Numbered from the stretch's first letter, positions 40,401-54,614 are shown. The stretch: DNA of 64,000 nucleotides from Eledone cirrhosa (GCA_964016885.1 OZ024742.1:40052001-40116000); one strand, 5' to 3'. Made by a program: numbers and translations. The notes: generated by a model from the sequence alone, not told the origin.

Positions 40401-42200
40401 AGGACTCGGTTGTAAGGTTTGACGCAGGGGTTGCCTACGTCGTTTGGAAAGTTTTCTTTTAAATGTTTATATATGTCTATCGGGATCCTAATCATCTTAA
40501 GATTAAGTTTTTCCCACGAGTAGGTAAAAGTTTTCCCTTCGGTTTCTACCAAAGGGTCTTTGGTTATAACCTGCATTAAAGTTTTATTGTCTGTGTTTAT
40601 TGTATGTGTACTGTTTTTGTTGTGTAGTCTTAGTTTTTGTTTGTTGTTCTTGTGTGTGTTTTCTCTTTGTTGTTGGTGTTTTGTTTTCAGGCAGGCGCGG
40701 GGGGGGGGGTGATGTTTGTGTTGTTTGTGTTGGTGGTTGTGTGTTTGTTGTCTTTTTGTTCGTGTTATGTCTCTTTTTTTTTCTTTTTGCGCGGAGGGGT
40801 TCTCCCTCATTATCACTGAGTGATGATGAGGGGGCCTCGTCCGTTGTGGTGTCTGTGTGATTGGGGAAGGGTACGTTTTGGGGAGGTGTTGTGCTTGTGG
40901 GTGTTTTGGGAGTTGTTTTAGATGGGGATGGGTTGGGTGGGACTGTGTTTGCGGTTTGGTTTGTTTTGGTTAATTTTGTGTGTTGTTGTTGTTGTGGTGG
41001 TGGTGATGATGGTGGTGGTTGCGTTGTTGTGTTGGGCGTCGGCAGTAGTGCCTTTTTTTTTCAGCACAGTTAACTGAGGACAGGAAGCCCTCAAGTGACC
41101 ACTGCTTAAACAGTGGTAACATGAAGGCCTCCTACCCTCAACAGAAATGTTTATATAGGAAATTCCGTCCAGAGGCACACGTTGTGGTATTCTAGCTATT
41201 CGTTCTGGCCTCATTTAAACCAGAACTTCTAGGCTAGTACCACCAAATACGTCCCTGGAGGACTTTCGCATTGAAATTAATGTGTCTTCATCAAAGTTGA
41301 TGAAGCCACATAATATCCACCAAATATTTACATTTGGTTTAATGCTTGACACTCTTACTTATTGTGTCCTTTTGCCCATATATGTGGGGGAAAAGGTGTA
41401 GAGGGGGACACAATTGGCGACACAGAATATTTCTGTGCTTTCAATTGGTCTTTCATTATCACTGATAAACTCCCGAAGAGTTTTCCCTTCTGTATGAAGG
41501 TAATATCTTTCATGTAGTTTCTTAGAACCAGCTCAATTTCATTTTGCGTTAATTGAGCTGGTTTTCTGGTGGTATTTGAAATTGTCCTGAAAATTATAAT
41601 TTTCAGGACAGTTTCTCTACGCAATTCTTGGGGAGAAGTGATGCTATAAGCGCCATTCTCCCCAAAAGTCACGTATTGCCTTGCGTCTTTTAACATTTCC
41701 TTGGCATTTGAAATGTCAATCGGTGTATACATTTCTGTCTTTTGGACAGTTTGTGCAAAAGAAATTTTGGTCGTGGGGGTGTTCATTTTGGTGTTGGTGT
41801 CTTCCTTGTTGCTGTTGTTGGTGTTGTTTTCATCATTGTTGTTGATGTTGTCCTTGTTATTGATATTGTTCTGGTTGGTGTCGTTTGCATTTTTCATGGT
41901 GTTGGTGCTGTCATTGTTGCTGTTGTTGGTTGTGGTGTTGTTGTCATTGTTGTTCTGGTTGGTGTTGTTATTACTGTTCGGGTTTGATCCCGTGTTTATA
42001 TGCTTCTCAAACATGTCGACGTTCACAACGTCTTTCAAAAAGGTGAGGGCGGAAGGCTGCGAGCTTTCTACTCTTACTTCCTCTCCACCACTTTTCTCTG
42101 TATCTCTCACTTCCCTTTACCCCCTCTAACAGTCACTCTCTCTGTTAGCCTCTTCCTCACTTTTCACTCACTCACTCTCTGCTACTCCCTCTCCTACTTC
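37478..42200 (-). mobile_element. L1/Tx1-like LINE with broken ORF1 and ORF2; 3' end missing
   Basis: ORF1 pieces 42110-40229 include zinc knuckle CYHCLSSGHLRASC; ORF2 APE (NVRGL, GDWN, LDRF, SDHK) and RT (PGLDG, FRPITLLN, KAFD, QGCPLS, YADH). Confidence 0.9.
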
Positions 42201-42801
42201 TTCCCGTTTGACCTGTGCGAAATTCTTTCCTCGCGCATACTTTCACCAGGTCGGTTGTTCTTTATTCTCTCTCGTCCACGATTTTCACAGAACTTATGTT
42301 CATCGATTTCAGGGACTTGACTCCTTCTTCCTCACTTTTCGTTGCATTACCATCTTTGATTGTTTACAGTCTCGCTCGTTCCCCTTATTTACGTGTCCCA
42401 ACGACTTTCTTTAGCCGTTGTTCGCACCAACCGGAGGTATATGGTCTTTAAAGCGATGAAATACCAATGAAGGTTGGCAGATCACTGATGAAGGATTAAA
42501 TTTATTCATATATATATGTATATATATACATACATATATCAAAGGTATATATTGAGTTAGAAACTCAAAATATTCTCTTACAATAAAATAGCTCTAGGAA
42601 AGTGATTTTTCCAAGCCGTATATTATAATTGAATATAAAAGAAAGATAAACACAGATATATACATATATGTCTTCAAATCGTAAGGGACCAGATTTGCTA
42701 AGGTGAAAAAAATACTAACTATAGACAATAGGGTTTGCCAGACTCAATTTAAGAATAAATCAAGAAAATAAATACAAACCGGTATTGTGGTAACTACCAA
42801 T

Positions 42802-42879
42802 CGCCCAGCCAGCGTTTGGCTATGCTGTTTCGCAAATTAATTGTGAAGAGGAATACCGATTCTTGCTCATCAGTGGGTG
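42802..42879 (-). ncRNA. Full-stem type I hammerhead with mutated cleavage triplet
   Basis: CACCCA CUGAUGA GCAAG...UUUGC GAAA CAGC auagccaaac GCUG GC^UGGGCG (GUC changed to GGC). Confidence 0.65.
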
Positions 42880-43041
42880 AAGAATTAGTATGCTCGTCAC
42901 TTCTAAGTATATCAGAAAACTGAATAGTGTGCGATTATATAATAACGCACATGGTATCGGAACTTAGCGTGTCTCACAAACTCACACCACTAAAAATAAC
43001 AGCCAAGTTTACTCGAATTTGGTCCCTTATGATTTGAACAC

Positions 43042-43092
<51 letters not shown>

Positions 43093-43175
43093 GAGAGAGA
43101 GAGAGAAATAGATAGATAGTTTAAGGAATTGTCAGGATACTCTGACACCTCATTCCTACTTATTATACACACACA

Positions 43176-43286
<111 letters not shown>

Positions 43287-44229
43287 GTGTGTGTGTGTAG
43301 CATTGAGAAACATAACCAATTTTCACACACTCACGCAAGTACACACACACACACATACACACGTGTGTAAGCAGAATCATCAAAGACGCCCTTGAATCGA
43401 ATCTTTTTTATTTTAGTTATCGATATCATAAGACATTTAATAGCAATTCGATGAAGCTAAGCTATTCTTATCAAGATTTTGCAAGCAAGATTAGCCCTTT
43501 TAATACCAGAAACTTTCCTATTTGATACCCATCTCTTACTTGTAAATATATTGCCTAAATAATTGTTCCCATAATAGTAATTGTCTTTCAAAAGCTATAA
43601 TATATTGATCTAAAGTTAGACCACATAACAGTGTATCCAGAAATTATATGTTAACCGAGAATTATTTTAAAGTCCACTTTTATCAACATACTAGCAGAAA
43701 TATCAGCCCGGGCAGTTTTCTGCTGGTGTAAATATATATATGTATGTGCGAGTGTTTCGTAATATATTTTTATATGCATGCCAATATATAAAAAGGGAAA
43801 ATTACATATTTAATATGCAAATGATACGAACTCACACCGATATAGTTCGTATTGCAATTGATTAATTTAATACGAACAACGTTTATTCTCTACAAAATAG
43901 TGATTCCACCCTAACTTAAGTAAACAAAGATGAGATATGAATTACTAATAAGCAGGGGCATGATTAAAGCAGCCCGACAAAGCATATTTGATTAGATTTG
44001 AACCTTTACCAATTTTCGAATAAACAGTTTTTTCTTGACTTCCAGACATTACTATTCTTGGAGCGTGTGGTGTAGCGAATCGCTTATAGTTACAAGACAA
44101 AATGTATTTGGTGACGGGGGAATAATACGAACTTACAACATACTTGATTTTGCAGTTTATTTACTTAAATATTTAAATACAATGCTTAACGTAATAAGAA
44201 TGTGTACAAACATTTGCATTTATATAGAT

Positions 44230-44700
44230 TAACACGTTAATAAACCGGGAAAATGATTTTCAACAGCTCATAACTAATTTCTTCTACTCGAATCGTTAAT
44301 TTCCCCAAGCAGTATCTCACCAATTAACAAATATGATATCACACAAGAAAGTGTATTTTACTTTCAATAATTCATTTTGTGTAAAATCGAATGTTTCAAT
44401 GGGATCTCACAGTGAAATGGAATTATGCGAAATTATTGAAATCGGTAATTCGAATCTTTTGCATTAAATATTTATCACTTTTCTGGGAGGATTATACAGA
44501 TGTTAAAATCTCGCGTGATACAAACGGCCATGAGCTTGTTAGATTTCGAAAAGACGTCATCAAATTATTTAGTGAAATAGATTTAGGAATTACAGTTGAC
44601 ACTAACTGCAGGATACTTAGTTTTATGGATAATCCTTCAGATAATATAAATTTATATAAAATAAATTATACCTTAGCTGATAAGTTGATGGATAAATTGT
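44230..44700 (+). pseudogene. Ancient Penelope RT fragment
   Basis: NGHELVRFRKDVIKLFSEIDLGITVDTNCRILSFMD parallels NSELNRVKKAIIESF...IENNNKIVNVLD of the element at 36.7 kb. Confidence 0.55.
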
Positions 44701-44859
44701 TATAGACAAAGGATTCGGGTAGCTTGTTCGATGAAAATAATTGCAGAGGCATGGATGTAGATGTGAATGTGTGTATTCAACATCTTTGTATGTATGTTGA
44801 GTAGGTGACAAGTAGCAGCTGTCAGTATGTTGTAATGGTTTTAAGATGGCTTCGAGAAA

Positions 44860-45780
44860 GATCTTATATTTCTCTTCCTGTTTGCACGTTCTTAATATAT
44901 TCGACTTTGAATTAAAATATATACACACCTAGTTGATTTGGTAGCTTCAGCATTAGCCTTTTCTCAATAGTGCATAAATTAAAAATTTTGCTGCCGTTCC
45001 TCTGGTCTTGTTGTTTTCCAGTATATTCCATTCTAAGCTGTTATTAAAGGCTGTTTTAATGACTAGATGTAGTTAGAGAACTGAGTCATGTATCGTCCTT
45101 GAGAGTGTCAGTAGTTAGACAGGTGGTTATTATAGTGGATCATAAATTTCTCTTCGGTCATTACTGAACACCACTTGATGTTTCTAGTCTGATTGATGCT
45201 TAAATTCTTCTAGGAAGACAACAGCCTTGGTAGTGCAGGATCCATTCAGACGGCAGGCGTTTGCGTTATCCAAGAACAACTTTCATCAGGTTTGGTTGTG
45301 GGTCTGTTGTGTTATATTTTTCATGTTAAAAAAGTTCCTATAGCTGTGATTGGAGGGAGGGGATGACTATTTATCTACTAAGTTACATTGATTTAGAAGT
45401 GGAGAGCAAATAAGATAACGTCACTCCTTCATGTCTATTGTGGTAGGCGAGGGACAATTCTAGGACTTCTAGCCATATTGTTAGAAGTGTAAACTATTCT
45501 TCCCTTAAAACTACTGGTCTTTAGCGCTGCGTTATCAAAAATATTTTATTAATCTAATAAGAGTCTTAACTAGATTCTAAAAATGCTATGGATGGACGAT
45601 ATGTTCTTGTATTTATGTAGATGTGCATCTCATTTGGATTCTTATAATCATTACGTGATATATTTTTCTATAACATCGGGTTCCTTCCGTGATAGCTGAA
45701 GAATATTTTACGTGGTGTAGGAGGTTTGACGTGTGCTTTATGCAATTATGGTATAATCACCCAAAACAATTTCTAGCCAT
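44860..45780 (-). pseudogene. Ancient Penelope thumb/GIY-YIG fragment, inverted relative to 44230-44700
   Basis: Minus strand reads CRLNGSCTTKAVVF...EEKFMIHYNNH...LEWNILE...NLCTIEK, with stops and frameshifts. Confidence 0.55.
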
Positions 45781-45821
45781 CTTTCTTCCTAGCTATTGAC
45801 TGTATTATTAAATTACACACA

Positions 45822-45865
<44 letters not shown>

Positions 45866-46024
45866 TGCGCGCGCGCGGCCTGTGGTTCAATGGAAGTATT
45901 ATTTATTATGAACTTAGAGGAAATAAACAGATCCTATATAACAATTCTCAGAACAACAGAAACGCACACATATAAGCATTTACACATACGCTCTTGTACA
46001 TTTACACACACATACGCGCACGCG

Positions 46025-46064
<40 letters not shown>

Positions 46065-46084
46065 TATATATAGAGAGATTAATA

Positions 46085-46260
46085 AAGTTCTTCAACACCA
46101 CAATGCCAGACCTCACACGAGCATCAGGACAAAGGAGGGAATCATCTTATTTGGGTGGACAACTCTGCTGCACCCTCCATATTCACCTGATTTGGAACCA
46201 TCAGACTAACACCTCGTAGTCAGCCTTTTATTCATAACTAAGCTTTCACAATGTTTATTT
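46085..46260 (+). pseudogene. Tc1/mariner transposase remnant
   Basis: HHNARPH and HPPYSPDLEPSD motifs. Confidence 0.75.
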
Positions 46261-46296
46261 ATTAAACATACCGTATATCTTGATATATGAAATTCC

Positions 46297-46334
<38 letters not shown>

Positions 46335-46357
46335 CTCTCCCCTTCTCTCTCTTTTCC

Positions 46358-46388
<31 letters not shown>

Positions 46389-46624
46389 TCTCTCTCTCAT
46401 TCTCTCTCTCTCTCACTCTCTCACACACGCTCACACATACACCCCCCTCTCTCTCTCTCTCTCACACACACACAGACACATATACACACATATTTGATGC
46501 GTGTGAAGTCTCCGTAGTTTTACCCTAGTGCAGGGCTTGTAACTTTTTTCAATTATTTTTAAACACTGCAAAGCATATCGCTGGAAACCAATTTGCCCCT
46601 GTAATAGAAAGGTTACGCTAGGTT

Positions 46625-47010
46625 TGCGGTGAATTGGCAGTATCGGTGAGGGTTGGACGCCATGCTTTCTAGCAAAGTTACGGTCTGAGTTCAAATCCCG
46701 TCGCGGTTAACTTTGCCTTTCATCCATACGGGGTCGATAAAATAAAGTACCAGTAATGCACTGGGTTATTGCTGGCCTTATGCCAAAAGTAGAAACAATT
46801 ATTAAATATATAAACGGCGGTGGATTGGCAGTATCGGTAGAGAATCGGACACCATGCTTTTCAGCATAGAGTTACAGCCCTTTACGGTCTGAGTTCAAAT
46901 CCCGCCGAGGTTAACTTTACCTTTCATCCTTACGGGGTCGATAAAATAAAGTACCAGTGTTGCACTGGGTAATTTGCTGGCCTTGTGCCAAAAGTAGAAA
47001 CAATTATTAA
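46625..47010 (+). mobile_element. Two tandem family A SINEs
   Basis: Units about 46625-46805 and 46815-47010, each with GAGTTCAAATCCCG B-box and the same tail. Confidence 0.85.
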
Positions 47011-47711
47011 ATATATAAAATGGCTGAATATTCTGAGGTTATTTGCTCCTTTAACACAATCCTTTGTCAGAACCAGCATGGTACTACATGTGGCAAGGTA
47101 CATTCCATTCTATAGCCTTCCAAAGTCTCTCTCTCTTTATTCAGTTCCCCCATAAATCTTCGATCGAATCCAGGCTTTGATAAAAGGTACTTGCCCTGGT
47201 TGCCATGCAGTCAGATGAAACCTAGGGTTTTATGATTGAAATTTACTAGATTTTGGAGCATTCTAGTAGATCCATATTTGAACGTGTATTCTTGATATTT
47301 TGAGAAATATTCATGTTAATCCCCTTGAGTACAGTTAAAACTGTATCTGTTGACACACCCTGCTGTAGTTATTCAATGAATAAATTGACATTTATAAAGG
47401 CAGTTTTAACTGTGTGAAGTATAAACAGGAGATTTAATCTGTGTGAAGTAAATATAGGAGATTTGAACTGAATGAAGTTTCAAACGAATTCTTACAGCTC
47501 GTAGATTGTTGTTGCAAGTGTTCTTAATGTGAGAATATTCGAGTTTCTTTAATTCATTTTACAGCTAACATCAGTTCAGGGCTAGTCTCTACGAATTTAA
47601 CCGATTTGCAGAAACAAGCGTGCCACGGTGAAAATACATATACCGCCAATGTACATAAAATATTTGAGCCTTTCACTTATTCATTTTACGGCTGAGGATG
47701 TGACTCCATAA

Positions 47712-47772
<61 letters not shown>

Positions 47773-48039
47773 TTATATGAAAAAAAGGAAAAGAATGACT
47801 TCACTTGTAGTTCTAAAATTGATTTAATTTTATATATAATATTATAAAATTAAATCAATTTGTTTAGAACTACAAGTGAAACCATTCTTTTCCTTTTCGT
47901 CAAATATACCTAACTGTACCAAGGATCTCACACATTTTCCAATATATTTATATATATATATACCTTATTCTCTCTCTCTCTATATATATATACCTTATTC
48001 TATATATATATATATATATACCTTATTCTATATATATGA

Positions 48040-48240
48040 GGCTGTGTCCCCATTCGTGCTTTGGAAACCACAAACAGTCACTAATAACAGGGGGCGCAAT
48101 CTCTCCTATCTCAATGTCATCTCCAGAGATTCTGGTATTGAAATCCAGGATTTGGCGGCGGCAGTGAACGACAGACCCAAGTGGAGATCAATTGTTGAGT
48201 TGATTTCGGCTGAGGCCGCCGGATGATGGTGATGATGATA
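48040..48240 (+). pseudogene. RTE-like LINE extreme 3' end
   Basis: DLAAAVNDRPKWRSIV followed by a (TGA)n tail. Confidence 0.55.
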
Positions 48241-48314
48241 TATTAGATACCTTAAAATTGTTTAGGGATTCGGTTAATTCACATATTATATTTACATCGC
48301 TGTTTACCTAGTTT

Positions 48315-48648
48315 TTTCCAATTGCTAATAACCTCTGTCGGTTGCAACTCCAGGTAGAAGGAGCAACGTGAAATAGTGTCTTGCCCAAGGACATAACGCA
48401 TCGCCCGGTCCGGGAATCGAATTCACAACCTCAAGATTGTGAATCCAATTCTCTAACCACTTGGCCACGTGCCTTCACTTTTAGGCGCGTGGCTGAGTGG
48501 TAAGAGAATTGGATTCGCAATCGTGAGGTTGAGAGTTCGATTCCTGGACCGGGCGATGCGTTATGTCTTTGAACAAAACACTTTATTTCACGTTGCTTCT
48601 TCTACCTGCAGTTGCGACCGATAGAGAGTATTAGCAATTGGAAAGACC
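48315..48648. mobile_element. Head-to-head pair of tRNA-derived SINEs (family B)
   Basis: Plus copy from 48484 has A-box GGCTGAGTGG and B-box GAGTTCGATTCC; minus copy at 48315-48476 is its reverse complement. Confidence 0.8.
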
Positions 48649-49315
48649 AACGGAAACATAGTTTCCTCGGTCTGATTTGACGAAAGTCGACCGACTCCCT
48701 TTTTACCTAGTTTATGTAGTACTTTAATGGACATTTGTTTTAAGATGCATTTCTGACGTGTATATTACATCTTTTGCAACTCTGTCTTTGCTCTTTACAC
48801 GAGTAGTCTGAGTACTTTGCTTTATATTCACTTTTTGACTTTTCGGTCGAGGTGTTTCTTAACAATGGTCAGTTTTCACCGACCTTCTTTTTTGGAGCGG
48901 TCACGTATCGCTGCAGGTCTGAAACTGCTACACTTGTGTTGGCAGCGACTGGACTTGTACGAGTTGCTTAAACAAACTTTTCCATTCTTAGGAGGTGATT
49001 ACTCACTGAAGAAGTGCATCCAGTGCCAAATTACGTTATGTCTGTTGACATTACCTAACTAGAGTGAATAGTAGTTTCAGCTGGAACTTTTGTTGACGTA
49101 CTAGATTAGGGAAACTGCTTACCAGCCCGGGTATATATGATATACAAATATCATTATCTACACATTGGCGTTTATCTTAACGTATGTGTAAACGCTGAGT
49201 GTTTGTATTTCTAACATACAAAGCTTTATCATTGAGTAAGAGACGGCCGGGACTGCAACGATTTTCTTCGACTAGCTTGTAAATATATATATATAACAGT
49301 TCATTCATGTTGACA

Positions 49316-49455
<140 letters not shown>

Positions 49456-49548
49456 TCAACATGAATGGACTGTTATTTTTATCTAAAGACTTTTTTTTTT
49501 GCAATTCTACCCCGCCCGTCCCTTCAATCTATCTAATTTCTCATTCTT

Positions 49549-49584
49549 TTTTCTGATGAAGGACTAGCTTCCGAAACGTTAAGA
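49549..49584 (+). ncRNA. Ultra-minimal hammerhead in short element 49549-49665
   Basis: UUUU CUGAUGA aGGAc uagc uUCC GAAAC GUU^AAGA. Confidence 0.7.
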
Positions 49585-49688
49585 CCTACTTCCTGCTATT
49601 TCAAGCGTTAACCTAATATATCCATATACTGTACCGATTGAGTTGTTATTTCTGTTTACCTTTTACACACACACACACGCACATATAT

Positions 49689-49841
<153 letters not shown>

Positions 49842-49849
49842 ATAAACGT

Positions 49850-50222
49850 TAAAACAGAAGTTTCATAATCATATTTATTATACGTATTTCTGTGACACCA
49901 GCATGGAGCTGTTGTGCAATCGTTAAAATATCAACCCACTTACTTAATTCTGTTAACATCTGATAACGTCACACCGATGCATGTCGCTGTTGTAACGATT
50001 GCACAACAGCTCCATGCTGTTATCACAGAAATACGTATAATAAATATGATTATGTAACCTCTGTCTTATCTATTTCATACATGGTAACCCCGTTACGTTT
50101 GATCGCCACTTGTAAACTGAATATATACAATTGACGTGGAGTTCTTTTATCTGTTTACACACCTATTTAACAACGAGAATTCATAACTCAACTCTTACGG
50201 ATAAACAACACACCAACTAGCA
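49850..50222 (+). mobile_element. Fold-back element with 3' half-hammerhead
   Basis: Inverted arms about 49864-49925 and 49993-50053; right arm CACA GAAA UACGUA UA^AUAAAUAUG; no upstream CUGANGA. Confidence 0.6.
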
Positions 50223-50224
50223 AC

Positions 50225-50315
<91 letters not shown>

Positions 50316-50403
50316 TCTCTTTCATTATCTCACTCTCCGCTTTCTCTCACCACTTTTTTCCATTTCTTTGGAACACACACGCACACACGCACGCACGCAC
50401 GCA

Positions 50404-50496
<93 letters not shown>

Positions 50497-50801
50497 GCAT
50501 CTAAATAAATAAAGTATTTGAAAATATAAAATATTTGTAGCACGATATGAAAAAATTAACTAAAAATGTACATCAGAAAATGTACACCAGCCATTGAATA
50601 AGATTACAACAGAATAGCGTACTAAGCAAAAGAATATAACAATTATGTAGAGAAATTGAATATAGAACTGTGAGGCTTGTTGGTTTGGTTCGTTGTTTTT
50701 TTATCTGCATGATACTTTAAATACTTGGTATTTCTACCAAGGGAGATAATTAATGCACGCTTGGAGTGATTTCTATTCTGTTGAATATTAAATGTGGTGG
50801 A

Positions 50802-50900
<99 letters not shown>

Positions 50901-51174
50901 GTACAAGGGCGTATGTGTAAATGCTTATATGTGTGCGTTTCTGTTGTTCTGAGAATTGTTATATAGGATCTGTTTATTTCCTCTAAGTTCATAATAAATA
51001 ATACTTCCATTGAACCACAGGCCGCGCGCACGCAGACAGAGAGAGAGAGAGAGAGGGAGAGAGACACACACACGCACACACACATATATATATATTTAAA
51101 TACAGTATTTTTTATCTTTTTAAGACATACACAGAGCTTAAAATAGGTGAACATGGACAACTACTCTGTGAAGC

Positions 51175-51215
<41 letters not shown>

Positions 51216-51340
51216 TTAAGAATGGCCGTGTGGTAAAGAATTTTGTCAAGTAACTATCTCCACGGTTTGGTTTAACTCCATACCGTATGAGTGGAATTTG
51301 CCAGACGGACATGTACTGAAGCTAGTTGTATATATATATA

Positions 51341-51407
51341 CAGGGTGTCCCCACAGCATTCTAATAAATATTGCCTGTACAATGTGTGTATACCTTTTTG
51401 GGGGACA

Positions 51408-51412
<5 letters not shown>
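51341..51412. mobile_element. Tiny Tc1/mariner-type MITE
   Basis: TIRs CAGGGTGTCCCC / GGGGACACTCTG in a TA context. Confidence 0.55.
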
Positions 51413-51450
<38 letters not shown>

Positions 51451-51534
51451 AAAGGTAAACAGAAATAACAACACAATCGGTACAGTATATGGAAGGTATA
51501 TATTAGGTTAACGCTTGATATAGCAGGAAGAGGG

Positions 51535-51570
51535 TCTTAACGTTTCGGACGCTAGTCCTTCATCAGAAGA
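51535..51570 (-). ncRNA. Ultra-minimal hammerhead in short element 51448-51575
   Basis: UCUU CUGAUGA aGGAC uagc GUCC GAAAC GUU^AAGA; stems I and II perfect; ACGU palindrome with no stem III loop. Confidence 0.8.
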
Positions 51571-52824
51571 AAAAGTATATATATATATATATACTGGTTA
51601 TCACTTATTTTTTATCATTTATTTTGTTTTGACCTGTTTAGATTGATTTGGTATTTGGCTTGGGTGGTTAATTCTTTCTTGGCCACCTTTTCTGTTTTGT
51701 ATGTCTTAACACATTGTTTAGCTCTGGTTTTAAACTATTGAGCACTTTGCCAGTATCATTTCTGATTTTTACGTTTCGCTTTGCTTTTCCTGCCCGCCGA
51801 AAATGCGATTCTCGTTGAATCTTTATTTATATATTTATATATATGTATATATATATAACAAGAGAGAGGTGGGAGGACCCAGTGGTCTTGAACTGTTTTG
51901 AGGGCATATGGAAAACGCTGACTTTTTCAGGAGGTAGAGGTATGTCATATGTCACTTTGCTTGCTTTTGGATAAATTTCTTGGCCAAGGAGACGAAATCC
52001 TTTGTGACATATTGTTGCTGGACTTCTTTTTGCATTAGACCTTGTTCATTTTCAAAATGTTCTTATTGAAAGTAATGTCTGTCAATCTGCAAAACTGTGT
52101 TTTTGTAAATATTATTACCTTGGAGTCACATGCCGATGGGTTGGCAGAATTGATAAACCGCCAGATAAAATGTCTTGCGACATTTGTTCTAGCGTCTTTA
52201 CGTTCAAACCTAGCCGAGGTCAACTTTGCCTTTCATCTTTCTGAGGGCGATAAAATAAACTAGACAAATACTGCGTGTCTTGAAACTAAATTAGAAACCA
52301 TTTTTGTCTTTTATTTTGTAATATTTTATTAGATGATTTCGTTTAAAAATAGTTTAAAGTCGTCCGAATCTTAGGGGTTCATCAGGCATGAGCTTATTCG
52401 TGGTTCATTGATTTCAACAACAGAGAGCAGATATCACCTCGTTGGACAGAGAGCCAATTCGTTGCAGGGCTAACACTCAGCTGAGTTGACTGGAACAACG
52501 TAAAATGAACTGTTTTCCTCAAGAACACAGCATGCCGCTTGGTCCAGGAACCGAACCTACAACATTAAGATAACAAACGAAACTTCAGATTTTTCGTTTA
52601 GCTTTGATTATTTCATCATGGAATTTCATGTCATGCTAAAAAAATGTCAGCCGGGCTTTTGCTTTCGTTTGTTTAAACTTCATAAAGGTTTCCTTCTATT
52701 ACAGTTTATTCGTATTAGAACCAGTTATTGTGTCTGCGTGTGTGTGTGTGACAGCTCACACCTATGCAGGTTTAGCTGGCCTCATCCTAGGTATATCTCG
52801 CTGGAGGTGTCTTGGGTAATTTAA

Positions 52825-52992
52825 TGATAGGGACCCCAGTTCTATCACCTCATTTCTACAGCTGAGTAAACTGGAGCAACGTGAGATAAAGTGTCTTGCT
52901 CAAGGAAAAAACACATCACCTGGTCCGAGAATTGAACTCACAACCTTTCGATTGCAAGCCCAATGCTCTAACCACTAAGCCATGCGCCTTCA
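52825..52992 (-). mobile_element. tRNA-derived SINE (family B)
   Basis: Minus strand GGCGCATGGCTTAGTGGTTAGAGC...GAGTTCAATTCTC...CTTGAGCAAGACACTT. Confidence 0.8.
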
Positions 52993-53267
52993 CAGAACCA
53001 GTTATTATCACTGAGTCACAAAAGCTTTCACTTCTATCAACAGAAAAGTCATTTATTTCCCATTTTAATTGCTTTTCTTTCGCTTGTTCTCGATGTAAGT
53101 ATTACAACTTTTCTTTGAGTGGCAGTTGCCACTACTTCTCATCGATATTTTGTATCAAATGCAAGCCAAATAAAAAAATGTCTTCTTCTTCTTCTTCTTC
53201 TTCTTCTTCTTTCTCTCTCTCTCTCTCTATATATATATATTTATATGTAATATATATATATGTATAT

Positions 53268-53460
53268 GGAAAAGGTTCAGGACCCCGACGGCAGAGCTCA
53301 AGCCGTTTCGACGGTTATTTCAGGACAGAAATAGCCGTCGAAACGGCTTGAGCTCTGCCGTCAGGGTCCTGAACCTTTTCCTATCACCCACTCTACTACC
53401 CAAAGTATCGAGTACTCTGGTGCGTTATGGTCCACCTGGTTCCTTGCCACACTTCCTTCG

Positions 53461-53463
<3 letters not shown>
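53268..53463 (+). mobile_element. Fold-back half-hammerhead element (CCGTCGAAACGGC family, copy 4)
   Basis: Same architecture as 3098, 6803 and 25062. Confidence 0.75.
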
Positions 53464-53497
<34 letters not shown>

Positions 53498-53511
53498 TTT
53501 TAATATAGATG

Positions 53512-53562
53512 AGATTCTACAGGACTAGAACTGTTTCATTCTTTAGAAATCATCAGGAATCT
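53512..53562 (-). ncRNA. Type I hammerhead with U-U closed stem II
   Basis: AGAUUC CUGAUGA uUUC uaaa GAAu GAAA CAG uucuaguc CUG UA^GAAUCU. Confidence 0.8.
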
Positions 53563-54250
53563 GGGTATCAAAAATTAAGCATAGTATTTATAGGTCTCTT
53601 CAAGTGGTAGGAGAGGGTAGGGAGTGGGATGGGTGTAGGTCATTGGTTGATAGAAAAGGGAATTCATTAAAAGCTAATTCTTCAAAGCTATAGTTTATTT
53701 TTAGAGTAACAAAGGCAGAAAGAATTCTATAAACAAGTTCAGGATGGGGTGCCACTCCTTATTTTAAAGTTTCTCTTAAGCTAACAGGTGTCTATAAGAT
53801 CAGTGGGGGTCAGTCATGGTTGATGGATTTAAAGGAAAGGGAGATTCTTTAAAAGCTAAATTCTTTAAGGTTCTACTAAGTGACAAAGGCCTAGAGAATT
53901 CTGTAGACAGATTCAAAATATTGAGTGCATATCATATGATTATCTTCAAATTTCTCTTAAACTATTCAACTATATGCCAACAATCAACAGACACATTCAC
54001 AAACACACTCACTCACACACTCGCGCGCACCCACAAACACCCACACATACATATATACATATATATATACATACACACACACATATACATATATATACAT
54101 ATATTTTGAGTATATGTTGGTTGTATACCAATACCTCAGTATGCAAGCTGGAGCACTCGACGAAGTGCGCAGGTTGGTTTGGTTACTCCGGAGTAATGTA
54201 AAATAAAGTTAAATAAAAAGTCAAATGTTTAAAATTTAGCTTCGTTTATT

Positions 54251-54305
54251 GCTGCTATATATATTTCAGTGACAGCCATCTTTGGCTGTGACCTCTTCAG
54301 GCAGT
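54251..54305 (-). ncRNA. Minimal hammerhead (left arm)
   Basis: CUGC CUGAAGA GGUcACAGCCA aaga UGGCUGUcACU GAAA UAUAUA UA^GCAG. Confidence 0.85.
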
Positions 54306-54614
54306 CCGAATTAGTATGGTATAGACAAGTACATATGTTGTTGAGGTGTATAATATTGTCAATACTCTGATATGCCCAGTTCCTGGTTGGGTTGTTATTT
54401 CACTGAGGAACTGGAATCATATACTTATATGATTCCAGTTCCTCAGTGAAATAACAACCCAACCAGGAACTGGGCATATCAGAGTATTGACAATATTATA
54501 CACCTCCAGTTCCTCAGTGAAATAACAACCCAACCAGGAACTGGGCATATCAGAGTATTGACAATATTATACACCTCAACAACATATGTACTTGTCTATA
54601 CCATACTAATTCAA

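Noticed and set aside
32969-42129. Plus-strand ORFs overlapping the retroelements
   Set aside because: Antisense shadows of TE coding sequence.
43440-43482. Possible third UUGAUAA core on the minus strand
   Set aside because: GAAU instead of GAAA and no stem I partner.
48484-48556. tRNA gene
   Set aside because: No acceptor stem, and it continues into a SINE body repeated elsewhere, so it is a SINE head.
52322-52392. CUGAUGA...GAAA on the minus strand
   Set aside because: Stems I and II do not pair.
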